NCBI GenBank assembly: GCA_051294375.1 | Contig: CM119266.1 | Span: 23,446,413 to 23,510,412, forward strand | DNA: 64,000 nucleotides | Source of the DNA: Paraspadella gotoi | Lineage: Eukaryota; Animalia; Chaetognatha | Reading direction: 5' to 3' | Shown here: in pieces, positions 56,270-64,000 of the stretch | How the letters are laid out: each line of letters starts with the position of its first letter | Position numbering within the stretch: the first letter of the stretch is position 1 | Made by a program: the position numbers and the translations under genes | The notes under the pieces: model-generated | Told to the model about the DNA's origin: nothing | Database searches by the model: none | What the model saw: only the letters and a program-made list of their open reading frames with translations

Positions 56270-59200
56270 CGTCGTGGCGTCGATCGGACGGGGTCCGACG
56301 TTTCGGGGTGCAGACCCGAGGTCGGGGGTCGATCCATCGCCGACCGAAAAGTCGATTTCGCGAGTCGACGAATTTGGTGAGTCGACCAATTTGTTCTTTC
56401 ACGGTGAATCGGCGCTCGGTGATCCTTTGGATCTTCGCCGACGAGTCGAAATCTCTGCGAACCAAAGAAGAGAGGAAACAGAAGAAAGAGAGAGAGAGAG
56501 AGAGAAAAGAAAAAAACTTTCTCATTCACTCACTTTCTATCTTCTGTCTTGACCGAAGATGAAACAAGTTTATTTTTATTCTAGTATTTCAGAATATTAA
56601 GTATAAAAGTTTTTTGGGGTAAACTTAGTAATTATTAAAAAAAAATATATTTTAATTAAAATATTTTTAAATAAATTCAATATTAATACCTTAATTGTAA
56701 AGAAGTCACTCGACTATGCGGATATCGTTCTCTCGACCGGCAATGTCAACGTATATGATGGTTTTTTTCGTCGCCATGGAAACACGAAGAATTGATTCCT
56801 CGATAAATCTGAGCTAACGAGTTGAATACCCTGATGTGGGAAGCCAGCGTTATAAAATGATCACAATCAGATGAAAAAAGAGCTTCGACCGAGAATATCT
56901 ATAAAATGATCGTCATGTCTGGAAAAATATATATTCGTTAAATAATAAGTAATTTTTTTAATAATAGTTTGAAATTTGGCCGAAAAATCACTACGGGCAT
57001 AAAAAAATAATCGATTTCCGCGCGGCGTTAGCTCGGGATTTTTCGAAGAATAAAATAACCAACGTTGTCAAGGGGCGCAGAAAGATAAACAAAGAAACAA
57101 AACAAAGCAACAGGTGAACAGAAAGGAGCGTAAAAATGCGTTTACGTCGCCATGGCGACATCGAAGCGATGGAGAGAGCGAGAGATGAGAGAAGGAGAAA
57201 AGCCTTGATTTATCGAGACTGTCATTCTTTTATGCACGGTAAAGGAGTAACCGGGTTGAGAACTGAGAATGTTTTTTTTTCGTTGGTTTGATTCTTTAGT
57301 TGATTGTTGGGTGATTTAAAAATGATTTTTTATTGCCATTTCTCGCCGTAAATTTCTCCGAAGTTGTTTTCGGTTGTTGTTTTCTTTTTTTTCCTAATAT
57401 TTTTGTTTTCGTTTCTGGATTTTGTTTTTTAGAATACCTGTTTGCCTCATTTCCTTCAATTCACCCATGACTTCCTTCTGCACAATTCCATCTCCGTGAG
57501 GCCGTGGTGCAATTCGGGTGGACCCGCATGGGCCATGAGGCGCCGGGGGCATGCGCCGCATGACCAGGTGACCCGGACCCGGCATGCGCCACGCCGAGAG
57601 CCGCCTTTCTGCTCTTTCTGTACATAGGGAGAGGAAGATGGCGGAGATGGGAAATGGGAGGAACGGAGAGGGTGAGGATAGAGAAGGGGTTCGGGTGAGG
57701 ATTGGGGATTTGGAAAATGGATTTGGAATATGAGAGAAGTGAAAAAGATAAATAATTTCTTACTTTTTATAATTTGCGTTAAATGAAATATTTAAGTTAA
57801 TAACCTCTTGAAAACTTGATAGAAAAAGAGTTTGAAAAATCTTTACCCTCGGAACTTACTCTCCATTTCATCCTCCTAGTTCTGGAACCAGATTTTGATC
57901 TGCCATCTCTGTGAAGGCAAGAGGGCGTGGGCGATCTCGATCCACTTACTCCTCACTCGTCAAATATCGTTAAAGTGGAAATTTCCTTTTCCAGCTCCAA
58001 CGTCTGTAGCGCGTGGTAAAAGTTCTGACGCCCGCGATTTCCGATCTGGAAAATATAGAAGAGAAATATGGGGGCTCGGTAAATCTATGTTTTGTGAAAA
58101 ACCTATATGTGAGTGACTCTATTGTTACCCAATTAAGTTTAATAGTTCAAAAAAAATTTTCTGCTAATTCCCACATTATAAAAAATATTATTGTCCAAGG
58201 TTAGAATATAACTGAAAAACTACTAACTTAAAACGACAGCAAAAGGAATCGCCCAATGACCGAAGGATTGAAAATAATTTTTAAATTCACGAACTAAGAA
58301 AAAGCGAAGGTCAATGAAATGAATTCGAATCGAACTGAACGAAGAAATGAATATATTTTCAACCCTTTTAAAAAGCCTTTGAATTGAAAACGACTTATTT
58401 CTCGCCCTGATTGAAGCGGGAAACGAGGAGCGGTGCACTTCCAAAGACGCCCAGAAAGACGATTTAAGCCCAAAGCGACGACGACGACGACGGACGACGA
58501 TTTAATGGCATCGACGATAAAGCGCCGTCCGAGGTCGACTCAATGTTTTCAGTCATGCAAAATCGTTTAAAACGAGAATAAAGTCTGGAATCCTCTAGCG
58601 GCGGAGCGAGAGACGAGAAACAGACGCCGCGTCGCCGGCCGTCTCCTCCCCTCCTCGTCCCCCTCCCCCCCCCGAGCAGGAATCTATTGGCCAGGACATA
58701 TTATGCCACAACACTTTGTAATGAAGTTATTAGTCACCAGTCGAATGTTAAAATTATTATTTTCGGTTTTTAAGTTCGTGGAAAAAGGTTTGTTGAATCC
58801 AAAAAAGTATTAAAATATTTTTTTGAATCTTTTTTCCTAATTTACACGATGATTTCGCTCGCGTCATTTTAACGCCGAATATAAGGCGCATTTCGCTTTG
58901 TTGTTTTCTCTCCCCTAAAAGTGGGTTGCTTTACTCCGTCCGCGAAGTCCAGAGATTTTACGTAAGACATTTCGAAACTCATTTAACGCCAGTTTCGACG
59001 TCGTTTTCGCCGCCATTTTCACCGCCAAAAAAAACCGCCACGTGACTTAATTGAAAAGAGAAAGACTCCGGCAGGAAAGCGAAAAGTTTGATCTTTTGTT
59101 GAGCTCCTCTGCTGCTCTCTTCTCTCTCTCTTCTCTCTCGGTCGTCTCTCTCTCTCTCTCTCTCGTCTCTCTCTCTCTCTCTCTCATCTGCTCTCTTCTC

Positions 59201-59969
59201 ATCTCTCTCACTCCGCTCTCTCACTCTTTCCACTCTGGCGGCTTATGTGAAGAATTATCCGGACGGTGGCCGTTCCTGGCGGCGCACCGACGGGCATTAT
59301 CCTGACAGTTATGGTCAATAAAAAGACGCCAAAGGCGAGCGGGCAGTTTCCCGCGATTCGAAGCGGAGGATAAGTAGGAGAGGGTAGGGGGAGAAGGAGG
59401 GTAAGGGAGAAGGGGTAAAGGAAATAGCGTCGGCTGTGGGTAAGTCTACTACTTTTTTTCTAACCTCTTAAGGGAATTCGGGGACCAAAAAAGGTGAGTA
59501 AAAACCGGAAAGATGAACGAGGAACCCGCCGAAGCTCCGTCGGGGAGAGAGGATGAGACGCGGGAGGGGGGGCAGGGGGGGCGTTAAAAAAAACCGAAGA
59601 ACCCAGCGAACCGGCAAAGCCTTTAAGAGACGATAACGAGTTTTCCGAGGCACCGAGAGGATCAAGGAAAACAATAAAACAAAAAAAAGCAACCGACGAC
59701 GAAGACAAGGGAAGTCGGGGAAACGGTCCCCGGTTTTTTGTTTCGAATTATTTTTGCGAGAAAGAGGTGAGTATATGTTGTATTACAACAATAAGCAAAT
59801 TTAATAATCGCTATTTAAACCGTTTGAAATTAATATTTGAAACGTTTTTTGAAAATCGCCTCATTAATTAAACGCCGAAGCCTCTCCCTCCGCTCGACCG
59901 CCTCTTAAGCAGTCCAATAAGGCGTAAAGCCCCATTATTCTTCGGCCTCAAATTAAAGGGGCGGGTTAC

Positions 59970-59970
<1 letters not shown>
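56270..59970 (+). repeat. Direct duplicate of 50551-54120 (contains Hox copy 2)
   Basis: Collinear with indel noise. 45535-46170 is a further inverted copy of 50551-51187. Confidence 0.9.
57456..58045 (-). pseudogene. Frameshifted second copy of the two Hox exons (probably an uncorrected read or other haplotype, not a true pseudogene)
   Basis: Collinear with 51699-52249 but with many 1-2 nt indels. It is part of the larger direct duplicate 56270-59970 of 50551-54120. Confidence 0.6.
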
Positions 59971-60002
<32 letters not shown>

Positions 60003-60032
60003 TCCTCTCTCTCTCTTTCTCTCTCTCTCTCA

Positions 60033-60064
<32 letters not shown>

Positions 60065-60079
60065 GCTCGATTCCCATCT

Positions 60080-60164
<85 letters not shown>

Positions 60165-62333
60165 CTCTCGTCTCTTCCTTTTGACTGGCGGATTACAACG
60201 GGCGGGGGTAGGAATAAACGGTCTTCGCCTGAAATCGCCCTTCGGCTTTTGTGAAGGGGAGGCACTCCGAGGGGGCGGAGGGGATGGAACTAGGGTGAGA
60301 AAGGTGCGGAACGAAGATGAAAACGGACGACAACGGACGACTNNNNNNNNNNNNNNNNNNNNNNNNNAGAGAGAGATGGAATCGACACTAAAGTAAATAA
60401 GAAACGAAACTCAATTTATTTTTCTTGGGATCCATTTTGGATAAAATTTAAAAAAAGAATGATATTTGTTAACTTATGTAATGAACCTATGTATGGAATA
60501 ATTTGTTTTTTAGTTCTCTGAATAAATTTCAAGCTTTAAATCCGCTTCTTTAATCGAAAAGCCTTTCGGAAATTCAATTCGTTTCTCTCGAAACAAAATT
60601 CAAATGTTTTCGTCCATAAATTTTCGCCTCGAGTTTTTGACTTCGAAAAACGAGAAAGAAAAGAAACAAAAAGATAAACTGCGATACAAGAAAACAGACA
60701 AAAGACGGAGAGAAAAACAAAGGATAAAATAGGAAACAAGAAAACAGACAAAAGAATAAACTGAAAACAATGAAATGTCGGTGAGGGAAAGGACGTAAAA
60801 AAATTGCAGGAAGACGCCCACTGTTTCTTTTTAAGAGTTGGTCTTTGACATCAACACGATTTTTTACTTTAAAACTTGTAACTCTAGTACTTTCCTTGCC
60901 TAAACATACTTAAATAATAAATTATTGTTTTACTGACTATCTCTTTTTAATTGGGTCGACTCTCCTCGTATTCTCTTTTGCACCGTTTCACAGGAATTCT
61001 AAATTTTCTACAATTTTCGGAAGTTCTCTTTATTTTCTCTGCGTCTCTCTCTTTCTCCTACTCTCTCTCTCAAACTCCGACAAATAGAAAGAGAGAAAAA
61101 AAAATCCGAGCCGCAGAAAAAAAAAGGAGAAAAAAAAATGGCGACGAAAAAAAAAGGAGAAAGAAATCATCGTCGTTTCCTCGTGTTTTCCTGTGTTTGG
61201 CACAAACAAATTCAAACATTTCATGTCCTTGTTGTTGGTTCGCCGCGGCAGCCCGCGCCTCCGCAGCCGTCGGAGCTGGCTTCGGCAGCCGCAGTAGGCC
61301 GCGTCAGCAGCCGCGGCCGACGGGCGCNNNNNNNNNNNNNNNNNNNNNNNNNNNNNNNNNNNNNNNNNNNNNNNNNNNNNNNNNNNNNNNNNNNNNNNNN
61401 NNNNNNNNNNNNNNNNNNNNNNNNNNNNNNNNNNNNNNNNNNNNNNNNNNNNNNNNNNNNNNNNNNNNNNNNNNNNNNNNNNNNNNNNNNNNNNNNNNNN
61501 NNNNNNNNNNNNNNNNNNNNNNNNNNNNNNNNNNNNNNNNNNNNNNNNNNNNNNNNNNNNNNNNNNNNNNNNNNNNNNNNNNNNNNNNNNNNNNNNNNGG
61601 AATATGTTTATAAATCTGGAACTAAATGGAAATGCCAATGTTAAAGAACTGCGAGGAATAAGATTTGGGAAAACTCGGCGAAAGTTAAAGGGTGAAAGAA
61701 TTTCTCATTTATTTAATCCGTCCGACTCAAAAACATTCCCCCTTCCTCATCCTTCTTTAACCCCCGTCCCCCCTTTTTTTTTTTTCTGTCCAACCCTCCA
61801 CGCGTTTGTTGTATGCAATGTCCAGATGTTCTTGAGCTGAAACAAGTTGGAGTTCGTTGTTTTGGCAATTTTTCATCTCTTTGTGTCGCCTATCAGGCGG
61901 CGACGCTCCTTCTCTCCTTTCTTTTCCCTTCTCCTCCCCTGCCGTAAAATCTGTCACACCTTTTTATCACGATTCACACCAGTTTAAAAAAAATAATGTA
62001 AGTCACTCGACTGTAAATCTTACCATAGAGTAATCTGATATTGATAATGATAAGGGCGTCTTTTAGAATGTCGCCTTCACGTTTTATGGAATTTTCTATC
62101 TACTCTGGGGCACTCCCTCAGTCCCCTCCTCCTTTTAACACTCCCAACCACCGAAGCCACTCTTCTGCTCCCTCTTCTCCCCCTCTCCCCCTTCCCTCCC
62201 CTTCTCCCATCCAATCCCCCCCGCGAAAAGCGAATCCGCGATTTTAAAGAAGAGAAACGGAAATTCGCGTCCAAACTGTTTTTGTTTTTGAGAGAAGGAA
62301 ACGGAAACTCTGCTCTTTTTCTACCAAGCTGAA

Positions 62334-62390
<57 letters not shown>

Positions 62391-62927
62391 CTGTTTTTTG
62401 TAAGATTTTGTTTTCGTTTTCGTAAGTTTTTGTTTTCGACCACCAATTAGTACACCAGAAGGGTGTAGCTCTAATACCTCTGTAGATATTTCATGTAATT
62501 ATTACCGTCCTCTATGTATAATACATAACCCGTAACATGAAACTCTTATCGCTATTCACTGTACCATTGTTTACTGCAACTTGTTGTAAAATACTTTTAG
62601 CAAACGACAGTGTGCTACTATATAGCACCGAATTGGTGTTATTAAATCGTCTTTATTTTTTGTAAGTGAAGAAGTTGAGGGAATAGGATTCGCAGTCAAA
62701 CTAGGATATCGATTATAAATCAAACTAGAGATATTGAAACATGTACATTCTGATTTCAGTAAGAAGCTTTTATTCACGGTCTATAATAGTAGTAGACAAA
62801 AATAAAAATTTTTTAATGTAACACACTGTGAACTAAGCGCCTTAAGCGAATGATAAAACATTCCAGTGCAATAGAATCTATCAAATCAAATCAAAAATCT
62901 CTCTCTTCTCTCTTCTCTCTCTCTCTC

Positions 62928-62967
<40 letters not shown>

Positions 62968-63261
62968 ACCCTTAACTTTCGCCGAGTTTCCCAAATCTAT
63001 ATTCCTCGGCAGTTCTTTAAACAAAAAAAAAAAAACAAATTGGGGGCCGCCCAAAATTTTTTTCCCCATTCAGTTCCAGGATTATAACAGTATTCCATAG
63101 CTTCTCCTTTGTAACTTTTCTCTACATATCTGCCATCATCTGCGCCTGTTGGTCTCACTACCACATTCTCAATCCCAGCCCCACTTACACACACTTTTCA
63201 CCCACCCCCCAACATTTTTTCTTCCCATTTTTTTCCACGTTCCTTCTTCGCGCCGGCGGGG

Positions 63262-64000
63262 CACTTATGCAAGCCATTAGTAAGGTGGACAGCAGAAAAA
63301 ATTTCATACAGCCTCGCTACCCACCTGTAACCACTACACTATGCAAGCCATAGCTAAAGTGGACAGCAGAAAATTTCATACAGCCTCGCTACCCACCCTG
63401 TAACACGTACACTATGAAGCCATAGTAAGTGGACAGCAGAAAATTTCCATACAGCGCGCTACCCACCTGTAACCACTTACACTAATGAAGCCCATAGTTA
63501 GGTGGACAGCAGAAAATTGTCATACAGCCTCGCTACCCACCTGTAACCACTACACTATGAAAGTCCATAGTAAGGTGCGACAGGCAGGAAAATTTCATAC
63601 AGCCTCGCTACCCACCTGTAAACCACTCACACTATGAAGCCAATCAGTTAAGGTGGACAGCAGAAAATTCATACAGCCTCGCTACCCACCTGCTAACCAC
63701 TAACACTATGAGCCATAGTAAGGTGGACAGCAGAAAATTCATACAGCCTCGCTACCCACCTGTTAACCACTACACTATTGAAGCCATAGTAAGGTGGACA
63801 GCAAGAAATTTCATACAGCCTCGCTACCCACCTTAACCACTACCACTATGAAGCCATAGTAAGGTGACAGCAGAAAATTTCATACAGCCTCGCTTACCAC
63901 CTGTAACCACTACACTATGAAAGCCATAGTAAGGTGGAACAGCAGAAAATTTCAAACAGACCTCGCTACCCACCTGAACCACTACACTATGAGCCATAGT
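63262..64000. repeat. 70-bp tandem satellite, ~10 copies, runs off the window end
   Basis: Consensus CCATAGTAAGGTGGACAGCAGAAAATTTCATACAGCCTCGCTACCCACCTGTAACCACTACACTATGAAG; GGACAGC-like core recurs about every 70-77 nt. Confidence 0.93.

Noticed and set aside
62440-63194. Higher-complexity stretch with short minus-strand ORFs
   Set aside because: No recognisable domain or consistent splice structure; needs BLASTX, where a significant hit would reinstate it.
63262-64000. CRISPR array or tRNA gene array interpretation
   Set aside because: Units are head-to-tail with no unique spacers, the context is eukaryotic, and there is no T-arm/B-box or cloverleaf.

Overview
This is AT-rich animal (bilaterian) genomic DNA, dense in (AG)n, (AAAG)n and (GAC)n microsatellites and N-gaps, and it looks like part of a Hox cluster. 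The only convincing protein-coding sequence is the 3' part of an Antp/Hox7-type gene on the minus strand: a homeobox exon (52077-52249), an intron in an unusual position after homeodomain residue 57, and a terminal exon (51699-51857) encoding a Gly/Met/Pro/His-rich tail. A frameshifted second copy lies at ~57.5-58.0 kb. A MIR-10-family pre-miRNA hairpin is at ~34.85 kb, with a mirror copy at ~39.9 kb. Once duplicated blocks are collapsed it lies on the same strand ~8.7 kb downstream of the Hox stop, which is not the canonical miR-10 position. There are dense homotypic clusters of Cdx/posterior-Hox-type motifs (CATAAAC/TTTAYG), candidate CTCF, RFX and YY1 sites, and a foldable 70-bp satellite at the right end. 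Roughly half of the window is direct or fold-back duplicates with indel noise, most likely amplification/long-read assembly artefacts. Nearly all ORFs in the supplied track are microsatellite read-throughs. All comparisons were made by eye.
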